From contig CM052817.1 in the NCBI GenBank assembly GCA_028534125.1, forward strand, positions 87,670,001-87,734,000: DNA of 64,000 bases, read 5' to 3'. The notes beneath the pieces are model-generated. The model ran no database searches and was not told the origin of the DNA. It saw only the letters and a program-made list of their open reading frames with translations. Both the position numbers and the translations under genes were made by a program. Below, piece after piece: positions 35,583 through 49,354 of the stretch. How positions within the stretch are numbered: position 1 is the stretch's first letter; each line of letters starts with the position of its first letter. This DNA is from Lama glama (lineage: Eukaryota).

Positions 35583-36371
35583 TACATTATTTAAATATAT
35601 TGAAATAATTTCCTCATCTATAAGAAAGAATAATTGCCTTGCAAGTTTATATAAGGGATTATGTGTAACGTACTCTGCCTCTGTCCCTAGTTGTTTTAAG
35701 AAAAAAATTTTGGAGATGTTTTTGGTCATGTAATAAAACATAACAGAAAAGACCATCTTCCTTAGAGGAATGGGTTATCCAAGATCAAAGTACATGTATC
35801 TTTATATAGATACATTAAAAAAATACATTGCTGTCATTTCCTCTGTTGTTCTGGGAACCATGGATAGGATTTGGGAAAGGTGATCTTACTCAGGGACTAA
35901 ATGGAAAGAGGACAGGTATATTTAAAAGGGTCTTTTTTCTCCATCAACTCATGGGTCTCACACACCAGCTGACTTCCTTTTAGCTGAACTGGTGGAATTC
36001 TGGAGGACAGAAGACAGCTGGCAACCATGAGTGAGACTTCTCAAAGGTATCAGAGATGTGTGAGCTAACAGAGTGAAAGCAATATCTCAGGAAAGAAGAG
36101 ACTAAAATAATTCAGACCACTGGCCTCAGGTTTCAAAAGTAAGTAGTTAAGACTAGATCTGGAGCATGTCAAAAGATTTGACTTAGAACATCTGCTTTAT
36201 TTAGGAATATATTTTTTATTTAGCTAAATAATTTTCTTTATTTCTCAGGGTCAAACAACAAAAGAAAATCAAACAACTGCTTACTAGATGTATGAGCTAC
36301 ACTGTTTTTTTTGCTTTTTGCTTTTTTTTTTTTTTCTGGTTAAAGTGTAATTATGTCCTTTTTTTGTTGTC

Positions 36372-36625
36372 AAGTGTAAGAACATAATCTGGGTCAGTCT
36401 GATTTCTCCCAGCTGTTCCTCTTACCAGCTGTGTGACCTTGGATATGTTCTGTACAACCATGAATGTGTTACTTCACCTCCTTAAATCTGTTTCCTTATT
36501 GCACAGTGAGCATTAATACAACATCTGTTACATGATTGTTGTGAGAATTAAATGAAGTAATTTAAGAGATGTAAATAACCCAGTGTCTAGCAAATTCTTA
36601 GTCACTTCTTTATTACTGTTGTCAT
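36372..36625 (+). mobile_element. MIR
   Basis: CTTACCAGCTGTGTGACCTTGG...TCTGTTTCCTTAT...GATTGTTGTGAGAATTAAATGA. Confidence 0.8.
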
Positions 36626-39029
36626 TAATAGGCTTATTGATTTAATAAATAAAACACTATATGATTTCCAGCTATATTCAATTAATTTATTCCAAATTTG
36701 GTAAAAATGGAGCAACTCTAATCATTTCTAATTTTTCTAGCAAATTCTCATTTCTTTTAAACAGAAAAAAGACACTTTTCTTTCTTTTGTAGAATTCTCT
36801 TCCAGCAACAGCTGAGAATTATCCAGAAAAAGAAAGATTCTGTGGCTTCCTTGAGAAGATCTGCCCAGATCCTCAGGAGTGTTCATAGGAAAAATAGAAA
36901 AGTGGGCATGTCCTTGATTTGGTCCTTTCCTGAGTTTTTATAAGTATGTGGTCTAAATAAGCTTGTTCTCCATTCAGTGTACTAATTGGGTGGATGGTAA
37001 AATGTGGTTTGTGTTGCATGAGATGTTTCAAATTCAGAAAATTATTAATTTGTGTATGGAAAAATGTCTTCCCAAAAGAATGAGTCTGATAGCCTTCAAT
37101 ATTTATTCATTATTAAGTCAAATTACCAAGTTACAGAATAGAACTCTATCTTAGAAGAGAAAGCTAATTACTGAAACTCTAAAGCATTCCTTACCAAGCT
37201 AGAATGCTTAATGTCTAATATTGGAATTCCTTTCTCAGAAAATAAGATAACTGGTTTTAGGTCTCCTAAAACTTTCTCACGCAAATGCTTTCTAAAGTAA
37301 ACTATAATCCCTGCCACTCCCTCCCCACAATCATTTCTCTTCTTTGTAGAATTACAAGGGGAAACTGCTGCACCTAGGTACACAAGCTAAGATACAATTT
37401 TCCAAAGCCTGTGCCCCATCCAATTTTTCTAATAGTTCTGAGAGCCTAATATAGTTCCTATATTCAGGGTACATAAAACCTGTCAACATTAAAATCGTCT
37501 CTTTATTCCTCTGTCTGCCTTTTACCCCAACCTAACCTCCCTCTCCATTCTTATTTTAAAATGTATTTAGCTCTTAGACATTTCTCAGATTTTTATTCTT
37601 CTCGGTATCTTGGAGCCAAGAATTTAGCTCTTCAAAATATTAAACTCATTAAACTCACATTTACTTCATATTTTAAAGTAAATCACTGAATAACATATTT
37701 AGATTTCTTTTGATTAAAGTAGAATATTAAAGATGTTTCTCCTCATTAAATTAACATAAACTTTTTAGAGTATTCTGACTTCTATCCCGCTGGCTTAATA
37801 AATAGCTTTTTAGCTTAAGTAAGTTGTCCTCAATAAAAATATATTCCAAACATATTCTTTATGAAATTTTATAGGAAAAGCTTCCCTATGTATACATATA
37901 TAGATATTAAGTATAGTGATTATTTTAAAATATATATTTACATTCTTTTTTTTCTGGATTTCTTTCATAGTCCCAAACCAAAGATGGCAACATATTTTTT
38001 TTCGCTAAATATTTTATTTATCATATATTTGACTAGTTATTCCCAAAATTGTTCTTTATCAGCAAAATAGTATCAGGTGATGCACTGTAAGACATAGGTT
38101 CTGTAAGAAATATCTTTGAATTGTGTAATGCACATTGGCATTTTAGAGGCTCTGTGATATATGACAGTTATGAAACCAACTGAACCTTATTTTATTCAAA
38201 GTTTTGTAACCTTATTTAAAGATTTATTAATGTATCAACAATTAATTTTTATTATTAAACCAATATTTTAAACAATTGTTGCATTTCATGTTGTATTCCA
38301 TGGAGGAGAAACATAGAAATCTGTAAAAAATATTATTCTTGTCCTTGGAAGTTTATAATCTAATTAATAACAATAAAAGGAGTCTTTTTAATATGAGTAA
38401 TGCCAATTAATCATTAAAACTCAGTTTTAAACATTTTAAAGACATCATTGATGTCTTTTTGATGGGAAAAAAAAAGAACCCTAAAGCAGAGAGAGAAAGT
38501 ATGTAAACCCTCAAGGCAATAAAACTTATAAGTAATAGAGCTTGGGTTCAAGCCAAGTGTTCCATTCCAAACCCTGTGTTCCTAAATGCCAGACTTTAGC
38601 CACTCACAGAGCATGTCTCTGCAAATACTATAATGGGTTGTAGGTTTCTTGAGATCAAAGGCCTGTTCTATCCTGTTAAAAGTTTATCTTTCTTCCTAAC
38701 ATAGTTCCTAATGTTATATTGCCATAGACACTGCCCAATAAATAAATGAATAAGTGAAAAATCATGTGTTCACTACTAGTCTAAAAGACAAGTGACCACT
38801 GCTAAGTTACTGATTCCTGCTGCACGAGACTGATAATTAGGTCAAGATCAGCACCTTTCATATTCTTGACTTCTTCTCTTCCATTTCCAAGCCTACAAGT
38901 TTATTGAAACACATATCTACAGTCAACTATTTGGTTTTAAGACTTAAACCTGTTTAAGACCTAGCCCTTCACCTACTGGCATAACCTGATCATTGACTAG
39001 TCATTATGGTCTTGCTCTTCTTACCTTGG

Positions 39030-41260
39030 GCTAGTCTGTCTCTATTCTCTTCTCAAGTTGCTCCAAGTGTAAAATCATACCTCATTTACCATAAACTTCT
39101 AACCCTCCTCATGCAAATTTCTTAAAGGGTAGTTCATACTCACCACCTGCATATTTCTTTCTCTTAATTTCTGCTTCCAATCAAACCTCAAGTTGTGATG
39201 ACTTCACATTTTTAAATATTTCACAATTGAAGCATCTGTTAATTCACTCACCCAGCTTATCAAACAATACTCTTTGAGAGTTTCAGTCCTTTCTCTCTCT
39301 CACTCCAGATGAAATAAACTACTATGCACTATAGATTCTCTCTCTCAGTCACTCTTGCTTTTATTGGATCCTTCTTATCTGTAATTTTAATATTTGATTC
39401 TCTTTGAAGCCACCCATGTTTCTCCCCTGAATTATTGCCATAGCTTCCCTACTGTTTTCATTGCATTTTCTCTTTCCACCTTTTCACCCATTCTTCTCAC
39501 TCTAGCCAGAAGAATATGTGTGGGAACGTGGCTGAGAAACCCCTGCTACTGTTCCTGTCAGAGGAACATGCAGAAGTTATGGCTACATTGCAAAAATAAT
39601 CCATATTTGCAGAGAAAGACACCATGTTCCTTATGGTTCTATTTCTGGTGCCAGACCCATATAATCCAATCAACTTTCCTACTAAACTAAATATTTTTGG
39701 CTTCTGCAGGAAGGAAGAGAAGGGAATTGTCATCTTGAGAAGAAAATTAATTAATTAATTAATTAATTAATTAATTCTGAAGTATTAATAGTTTCCTTCC
39801 TCCTTTCCTATAAAGGGCAGGTGGAATCAAATGCTCTCACCACCTCTTCATTTTCTGTGACACCTAAGTTGCAAAAACTGCACTGAATTTTGATGAGCCT
39901 TCACACTGCTGATGAGTGTTTGCAATATGAGCATGTAAAAGGAAGAAGAGACACAGTAAAGCTGAGAATACAGAAGCTATGATTTCCACTTCTTGGTGTG
40001 GCAAGGGAATGTGAGTTTCTCTGAGGGGCAGAGAGTGAATGAGCACTAAGCACCTGCAGCAGGTGGGTATGAAATAGAAGAAAAGCTATAAAAAGGTGGT
40101 TTTTAAAAAAGCATCTCCCCTTTGATAGGCTAAACAAAATTAGATAACTCTGTGGTGGAGGGGGCCACGGGTGGATGGAGGCAGTGTTGCGGGACAGCTT
40201 TAGAAAATAACAAATGCACCACGTGGGAGAGAGAGCATTTGGATACCAACAGCACTTCGAAAGCCAATGACAAAGCAGTTAGATGAAAAATACACCTATA
40301 CCCAGCAAATGCGGAGCTCCCAAGTTTGTAATCATATGCGTTTTTCTTATCTAGGCAAATATCGTCTTTGCCATTTCCCCTCCATTCCCTGATTCTGTAG
40401 CAGATACCAGGTCCATGCAAAGAAAAGGTAGGAATGAGAACCAGGAAAGAAACTAGGTCTAACCATACTCCCCTTTTGGTAGCTTACTGAAGCTAACAAT
40501 AAATAAGACCTATCTCTTGGAGAAGTGTTCAACATGACAGAGGCAAGAGATAATTTTTAAAATTTACCCCAAAATGAGAGTTTTACAATCTGAAAAATCC
40601 CTGGAGATAACTATATATTTGGTAGGTACTGAGATTCTATTAGTTGGCACATTTAAGTTCCCTTGTACCTACTACACAGTCAGTGAAGTTTCAAATACTC
40701 AAGTTGGTCATGGTTACTAATTTAAATTCTACAGCATCACGGAATTGAAATTACTTAATTCACATCTGTTAGCTCTTCTTCAAAAAAGCAAACATGTATG
40801 ATTCATTCCCTTGCTTAAACGTCTTCAATGGCTTTCTATTAGTTATGATGAAAACGTAGGGATCTTTTGTCTTAAAAGCCCCTCCATAATTTATCCCATG
40901 ACTTTTTCATAAGCTTCTTTTTCCTATACCCCCTACTTGCCTATGTGTTTTAACTTTATTGGTTTCTAACAGTGTCTTGAATATGCCTTGTCCTCTTGCC
41001 TGAGGCTGTCACACATATTCTGATTTCCTTTGCTTAGAATATCTCTTTTCATCCAGCCCACTCTTTTCCAATATAAAAGTCTTTCCTTATTTTCACTTAC
41101 ACAAGGACTTCCTTGAAACTCCAGGCTAGTTTTGTTCCTCCTTTTAAGTTCTCCTCTAGGATAAAGCACATCCCCATTTGTAAAACCCATTATATTGAAG
41201 TTACTATTACAATGTCTTTCTTCCCAACCAAAGAGTGAATCTATTTAATGAACCATAATT
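39030..41260 (+). mobile_element. L2 split by a ~1.26 kb insertion (39516-40775)
   Basis: The left arm ends CCATTCTTCTCACTCTAGCCAGA. The right arm resumes TTCAAAAAAGCAAACATG...TTCCCTTGCTTAAACGTCTTCAATGGCTT, which is contiguous with it in the recalled L2 consensus. Confidence 0.6.
39745..39776. repeat. Perfect (AATT)8 self-complementary microsatellite
   Basis: Direct reading. Confidence 0.95.
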
Positions 41261-41454
41261 TAATGTGAAAAAAGTTTTCACTGAAAATAAATATCAAAGG
41301 AACTATTAGCTAAACATTATTTTTTATATTGGATATTGGGTCTAATCAATTTAGTTTTCTTTTCTGACATGACATTCCTACATTTTTTTTTATCTCTAAG
41401 ATACTACATCAAAAGTTGAGGTTAAAAGCAAACATCCTCCATCACAGAGTGGAA

Positions 41455-41600
41455 TTAACAATTACCAAGGGTCACTCTGCATTAAGTACTCTGGCAGATA
41501 CTTTTCACAACAATACAATGAAATGAGTGTTATTCCATTTTACAAATGAAAAAAACTAAAACACAAGGGGTTTAAAATCCCAGTATAGAGTGAGCTAGTT
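41455..41600 (-). mobile_element. MIR fragment
   Basis: TCACAACAATACAATGAA...TATTCCATTTTACAAATGAAAAAAACTAA. Confidence 0.6.
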
Positions 41601-43499
41601 TTCCAGGAAAATCTTTCCTACAGTTTCTTTATTTTCTCAGGCTATGGTTTTAGGAACACATTTGGTTAACATTCACTTTTCCATAGGTCAGAAAACCACG
41701 TGGGGGAGAGTTTATATATACTGAGCCGATTTTACACCTCTTTTGAGGCAGGGGTGGAGGCAGCTTTAAGCTTGGTTACTCTCAGGACAAACTATTCAAT
41801 GCTCTGACCAGAGCCCACTCTACCCAATCAAAAGTATGCCCAATTCTTGAGGGACTTGACTTTTTTCCCTAATGAGTACAGCTCCTGGGAAAATGGCAAG
41901 GCCAGAAACTACTTGCCCTTTGAAGGTCTAATAATGTTACAGACTTTATGATCTGTTATGTGGAACTTTTCAGTGTTCTTTTTTTTTTTTCATTCTATTT
42001 TATAACCCCCTTAATATACTTCTATAGAACTTTGAGTTATTAATGAGATTTCTCAAGATTTGGTCTATTATTCCTCAGCACGCTTGTGTGTGTGTGCGTG
42101 CATGCATATGCATGAGCAGGAAGGACTTCTGTGTCTTACATTGCTACAACTTTTCGAAGTATTTGATAAAAGATTTTTTTTCTGTATTTGTAACTACAGA
42201 TTTTTTTGTTGCTTTTTGTTTTATTTTGTTTTGTTTTAGTTTTTACTTCTACTGGTGTGTGTTTTATTATGTATTAGGGAAGAATGATTTAGTCCACTAT
42301 CTTCACTTTATTGAAATTACGTAGAAGACAAAGAATAGAAGAAATGGAAAGAAACTCAAAAACAACCTTGTGGAAGGGAAAAGAGAAGCAGAGGATGGCA
42401 GGTGGGAGAAAGAGGAGAATTCCCTGTGTAACGAATTTAAATCTGTTTAGGTTCCAAAAAAAAAAAAGGCCTTTATTGATTTAGCCAATAAAATAGAGGA
42501 AAGGAAAATGCTAAAAGCCTTGAAGCTGTTATTAAATAACTAAAGGTTATAGTAACAAAGTATCTAAAGATAGGTAAGAAGCCCTTTATTTTGTGTGCAA
42601 ACAATTAGACCTAAAGGAAACTTTTCTATTAAAAAAGGTCATCAATAGGGAGATTCACCTCCAACACACAAACATGGTGGGAATAATCTCTGTCCCAACT
42701 TGTTTCTAAAAGTCAATGTTTCCTTTAGGCAAAGACAAAAAAAGATACAGAACTGGAGAGTTTGTATTCAAGTTTTAAATTTATGATGGCCCAAATGCAA
42801 TTTATTGCCCTCCCTCAGCAAACTGTATGCACTGTTTAAACAGTTTTCCTAAAGCTTTAAAAATGTTCTAAATTATTTAATGAATGAAGTTTCCTGAAAC
42901 ACCAGCATTGTCTCTAGCCAAGACCCATGCAGATACTTGTTATTTTTGTGAAACCAAGCAGACATTTAAGAACACTACTTTTTTTTTAGTTTTAAGAATT
43001 GAACCTGGAAAAATATCAGTTAGATTAAATGGTCAAAAGGTTTTGCTTTTGTTAGCTGCATATATTCAATTCCATTCAGTGGTGAATGCCAATGACATGA
43101 ATATTTTATTCTATCTTTTAGAGGAAGAATAGATACGGTATTGGTATTAGAAAAGAATTCTGTGAATCAAATGCCATTATGGTAATCTTCACAAATATTC
43201 TGCTTAATATCCTCAATATCCTCTTTTTTTTTTCTTGAGTTGTCCAGCATTTACAACCAAAATTGCTTCCCAAAATTTGTAGAGAAAGTTGGGGAAGGGT
43301 GTAGAAAACATAAAGAGTTAGGTAGAATATGAACCTCTACATTTTCTCTGCCTCTTTGTTACACTAATTGTTGACATCATGGTGTGTTCCTACCTTGCAG
43401 AATTCTACTCCATTTGATACCATAGTAAACATCTTCATTCTAGGGAGAATTTTTGTCAAGTCCAAATCTCTCATAAGACATTCTGATGATGACAACAAT

Positions 43500-43660
43500 C
43501 ATAATGGTAATAGTAAAGGCAACACTCCTATTATTGAGTGCTTATGATGTACTAGGACTTTACATATTATGTTACTGGATCTTCACAGAAACCTCCTGGA
43601 AGGCAGTTCCACTATCATTGTTTTAGAGATAAGGAAACTGAGACTCAGGGAAGTTGTCAT
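43500..43660 (-). mobile_element. MIR fragment
   Basis: TATTGAGTGCTTA...CTTTACATATTAT...TTTTAGAGATAAGGAAACTGAGACTCAG. Confidence 0.75.
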
Positions 43661-45064
43661 GCTTCCCTATATTAATCAGCTCTGACACACTTTTCTAATG
43701 TGTTTTCAACATTGCCAACCACAGAATTCTCAATCTAGAACTTTACCAAGATCTCTCTGTACAGACCTGCTGAGAACCTTTGATCATGTTACCCTTGCTT
43801 ACCTCCCTCTCATTATCAGTCATATGTAAACAACACATCCTGAAAAGTCTCTTGTTCTACTGACAAGGACCAAGATCCTAAGTTACACAAAACCTTCCCA
43901 TCCCCCATCCTGTAGGTTCAATATTTCAAAAGTTTATCTTTAATAAAACATAGGATACGTATCACTATAAATACTAAAGATATTTTGATATTGTACACTG
44001 TTTATTTTTAGATGAAAACATTCAAATGGAATTATTTATCCTTATTTTAAAGATGTAACTTCTAAAGGCAACCATGCAATATTTGCATTTGCATTTCAAA
44101 TGAGTAGACCATATTATTATTACATGAGAAATTAGTAAGGTAATAAAACTTTTGTCTTAAACTTTCTTTCTTTAACACAGAGTTGAGAATTGGTAGCATT
44201 GAAGTGGCCCTTAACATATGGGTTTGAATAATAATTCTCTTCCTTTATTCATAGTAAGTGTCCATTCAATTGCTATTGCATTAAACTTCTAAAGCATGAA
44301 CCCAATAAGGAGCATTATGCCTTATTAATTTTAATTCAATGCCTTTCACTTTTGATGAATAATACAACTTCTTGTCTACTCTAATACACATAAAACAGAA
44401 TCTGAAAATATTACAACAGTGAAGTTTAATTCTTTTACTTTATCAGATATTTTCTTAATTTATATTTTCCCTTCATTTATTTTTCTTTGTTCATTTATCT
44501 TTCTAATACAGCTGAATGGAGTTTTAAAGTATTCCAAAATTGGTGCTTCAGTCAAAATCTGTGTTTCTTTCAACTAATGCTTCACACGTACAACTTTCTA
44601 AACCAGCGTCCTTTTGCTTCAACTGTCACATTTTAAAATAAATTAGAGACTCACCATCCACAGGCTATTGAAGTTCATGAATTAATTGACTTGAATGTTT
44701 TGGCTTTCTTTGATCTAAGCTATTTTCTCAGTAATACTGTGATTTACCTGACATTAAAGGGCAAACTGAGCAATGAGTTTATGGTACTACATTCATATAA
44801 AAACAGTACCAGTATAGCAATGAATGGCATTAATTGCACTTGGGGTATTTACATAGAAGGAGGATGCTAATATAACATTTCTAGTATATATCAAATGTCA
44901 GATATTATAATCAGTGTTATTTTCATGGAAGATATAATCATTTGGTTCTATTCAGCAGATGTAGTTAATACCTACTATCTGCAGGCATTTTTGAGGCTAT
45001 CAGGCAAAGTGCATCCTGTATACTTAAGGGTGAAAGTGAATGTAGTCTGAGTTTAGGATATACC

Positions 45065-45500
45065 TTTTTCAGTGTCCAAGGGCATTCAAGTTGTTGGCTG
45101 AATCGAGTTGGTTATAGTATGGTGGTCACCATTTTCTTCCCAGCTATCAGCTGGAGGCTACTTTTAATCCCTAGAGGCCTCTCTCTAGTCCTTGCAAACA
45201 AGACCCCACATCTCACAGCCAACAAAGGCAGGTCTTATTTTCTCACAGTTAGAATCTCTCTGACTTCTCTCTTCCACTATCTTTTCTGCCTCCAACTAGA
45301 GAAAATTATCTGATTTTAAACGCTCATATAGTTAGACTGGAGTCACCTGGATGATTTCTTCAAACTACTTTCCCTATTTTAAGGTCTATGATGTAAATTA
45401 CATCTACAAGGTCCCTTTTCTCATGTAATGTTAATATATTCACAGGTTCCATGGATTAAGTCATGGACATTTTTAGGGGGGAACATTCTGTCCATCCCAC
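45065..45500 (-). mobile_element. MLT1 (D/E-group) MaLR LTR, partial
   Basis: CATTCAAGTTGTTGGCTGAAT...GATTTTAAACGCTCAT...ATTACATCTACAAGGTCCCTTTT...ATATTCACAGGTTCC..GGATTAAG..ATGGACAT. Confidence 0.8.
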
Positions 45501-46149
45501 TAGGTAATGTTTATTTGTTTTTTCTAATTCATATATTGCTAAGAGAATTTCTTTTTTTTGAATGAGCACTCAAGTGTATGTCCAAAACTGCTATAATACT
45601 ACAGAGTACACTGGAGTGAAGGTTAGCTGTTGGTAAAGAACAAATATACCATCTCTACGATGGGTTCCATTTCTAGAAAGCATTGCTGATAAAAAGATAG
45701 ACCACATCAATTTAAAAGTAAAACCTGTTAAAACACTACAAAAATATTCTTTGTCAAAAAAGAATGCAAAGTGATTAATGGTATTATAAGTTTTCCTAAA
45801 GATCTTTTCTCAAAGTAAAAACTTAGTGAATTAACTTTTATAAACAGAGTTCAGTTTACTTTGACAAACATTTATTAAATATCCTGACTGTAGCGAAGTA
45901 AAGGAAATACTAACATTTAGAGACATTGCTCTCAGTGAACTTACAATCTAATTATAATGTAAATAGTTACAAAGGAAGTCAAACAAAAAGCCATTAAGAT
46001 CCTAATACCAAACTAAGGATAAAATATTAACTTTATGTCTTTTTTAATTTCCCTAAGCTTTCCTTTTCCCTCATTTGAAGTACATTTATCATCCTCTCCC
46101 TCTCTCCTTTTTTTAAGTTCACTACTGGCCACTGCTATGTTAAGTGACG

Positions 46150-46315
46150 AGCATAGGATCTTACAGTCAGCAGAGACTTTAGATCCTGCAGGTCCAACCC
46201 TCTCAATTTATAGGGCATAACAGAATCTTTTTTTCTAGCTTTTAAGTTATTTAAAGAAAAAGTACCTAAGAACAAAAGATTTGCCCAACCTAGTCAGATT
46301 CAAGAGCTTTGTAAC
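46150..46315 (-). mobile_element. MIR-family fragment
   Basis: CATAGGATCTTACAG...GAGACTTTAGA...GGTCCAACCCTCTCAATTTATAG...GATTTGCCCAA. Confidence 0.5.
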
Positions 46316-49300
46316 ACATTATAACATCTCTGAAAAGGCAGTTTTAAAAAAGCATAATCGCACTTTACAATTCCTGTATCAAAATACAGTCATGACTATA
46401 TTTCATGTTCCCTTAGTTATCTGCTCAGTTTCTAAATTTCAAAAACTTGGGAAGATGTTACTTAGGGTACCATATTCTTTAATTTTAATTCCGCATATAA
46501 TGCAAGATTTAATATACTTCACATTGATTTTAGTCATAAGGGGCTTCCAACTGAATTAAGGAAACTAAGAGAAGTTGGGAAATTAAGAAAATTGAGAAAG
46601 CCGTTCTTCTTTATATTTTTGTACATTTTATAAATTACTTAACTTCCCTGGATCCCATCCACTAAATACAAAAAAGAAAAAAAGAAGGGGGGGAGAAATA
46701 GTTATCTATATATTTTTCCAAGAGTTCACAGGTAGATGGGTCCTAATAATATTAATTGAGAATTACTGGAAAGGAATTAATCAGTGTTTTACTATTAATG
46801 ATTGAGAATATTTTGCATGAACAGAGAAAATTCTGAGATTCTCCAATGCTTACTTAAATATGTTGCTGAGAAGAGAAACTAATAAATAAACATTAAAGGG
46901 GGTGTATGTGACCTACTATTGTGAATCCAGGTTTTGACCTAGGCAAAACACTTTGCCTAAAGTTACATGTAACTATACAGTAGTATTCCCCACTCCAGAA
47001 AGATGCTTCAAGAATGCTAAAATGCCACCTGAAATATTACTTTGATATTCTTTTTTTCCTACTTCTTTCTTACAAATTAGTAGTGAAGATAAAGCAGAAG
47101 CTTCTAGAGATGAGACAGTTTAGTTTGCTTTTAAGGCAAGCATACATGATTTTTACTTTCATGGCTTCATACACATTAAGTAGGTGTTTGCTGGCATAGA
47201 GAGTTTGGCATAGCAGCCTATTCACAACACATGATTTTGAGAATGGAGATTCAAGATCACAATGAAATCAGTCACAAGGATGCCTTTCTATTAAATAACA
47301 AGTTGTAGTCTAGGATAAATAAAAGCCTAGTAAATGGACTGACTTCAGGGCTAGTTCTAAAGGCTGAGTTAGCAGATGGTAGTTTTTTGTTTTGTCCTGT
47401 TTATTGTTGTTGTTTTTATCTGGGTTGCAAGATTGGAAGTTTATTAGGGCATGGTGGCTGCCAGTGTATTATAATACATAACTGTTCTTACAATTGTTTC
47501 AGCTTTGTGTGCATGTGCGTGGGCAAACGTGTATGTGAGTGTGTGCATGTGTGTGTGTGTAGCAAAATATTTTGAAGCTCAATTTCTTTTAAGACTTAAG
47601 TCTCCAGCTTGAAGATCATTTTTCTTAATGGAGATGAAAGACCCTAAAAGTCTGTTTTGGTAGTCATCTCTTAACAAAACAATATCTAGACAGAGCACAT
47701 TCTTTCTCTAATCATCAAATAAAGAGACCCAACACAAAAAAAATAGCTATATGTTTTTGTTGGCGTTTTATACAAACCCCAGTCCATTCTAGACATCCTT
47801 CTTCTTACCAAATACATCTTCTGGAGCTCATATAAATTTTTGGATTTATTTTTTTAATTTCTACATTTTATGAATCTTTCCTTTTGTAAGTCTGATTAAA
47901 AAAAAACCCATACTCACCTAAAAACCTTTCTTTTCCTTCTCATTTTCATTAATGTTGTCAAGATTAATTATAGAAATCTTACATTCCCATGCGTCACAGT
48001 GTAAAAGGACTTTTATTTTTAGCTTAATTCCATCCAACAAAAAAAGAATTGCTAAGTGACAAGAAAGTTATGAGTTTTTAATGTTTGAATGAAGCTTTTG
48101 TATTATCTAGTTAAATCTGTACATTTTACAAATAAGAAAATTAAAGTTCAGAGATTAAGTGACTTGTATCAAATCACAAAATAGCATATGAACTTATGTT
48201 CAGAAGTTTGAATCAACATTTAATATTTCTGGTGAAAAAATTGTTATGATTGGGTCTCTAATAGGGATCAAAGGAAATACCAGTCATGGTAAGAATTTAG
48301 AAAATCATATTTTACAAACTTGAGAAAACATATATAAATAGATAGATCTTATGTCTGAAAATAAAAATAAATATAGCAACTATTAGGTTTTCATTTTGAA
48401 GAATTTGGGTAGAAATTTAAAATATTTTAGGAAAATTGTTAAATATACCAGATTGAAAAAGAAAAGAGATAAACCAAAATAGTTTTGAAAGTCAACAAAA
48501 ACAAGTTTGAAGATCTATTATAGAATTAATTCCACAAAAAATAACTATTCTCAAGGTCATCCTATGTAGACATAGTTTGATGTAATTTTCCAGGTTAGGA
48601 TTGTGTCTTTAAAATACTTAAGCTAAACTAGAAAATTTCATACACTGGCATACTTGATGAAATAAAATTTTTATTTGCGTGTCATTAGCTCTGACATGAG
48701 CACATGCAGCTACAAGATGTCTATTGTAATTATGATTAGAGTTGAAAAAAATAGACAAGAAAAATGTCCATACTAACTAGGAAATGTTGAAAAACCACAT
48801 GACACAAATTTGAGATATTTATCATTTAAAGAAATTATACTGGAGTCTCAATCCTAAAACCTGTGTTTGAGAAGAAGATTAGTCCAAAATATGAGAAAGA
48901 GCCCTCTTTAGAAACCAAGTAGAGGTCATAGAGTAGTTTTAGATCATACATGGATTTCAGTATGATCTTTAAGAACTTCATGAGAACCCAACTATACAGA
49001 GTGGTGAAGTGATGGGAATTTTACTCCACGTTTCTAGTTCACTAGGCTAGCTAACAAGAATACAACTGGTCCCACAGCTATAGCTTACTTTGAGCTTGAA
49101 AACCTGAGCCAGGAAAATAACTGTATCATTGTTTCACCTAACTCATTAGATTCATGACAAACAAAGAAAAAGATGTGAAAAATCAGGCACTGACTGACTT
49201 TAGCTCTGACTCATTCTTTGATCATCTGCAGGTTAATTGGTACCTGGATTAACAAAATATAATCCAGTAAATGTAAACATCATTTTGGTCTCTTTGACTG

Positions 49301-49354
49301 TAATCAAGTCAGAATAAATCCAAAAATCTTAGACTGCATTATAAATCCTCATAC

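Noticed and set aside
44655..44747. Minus-strand exon ending at a strong donor (ATG|GTGAGT)
   Set aside because: With the best upstream acceptor all three frames contain stops, and nothing else supports a minus-strand gene.
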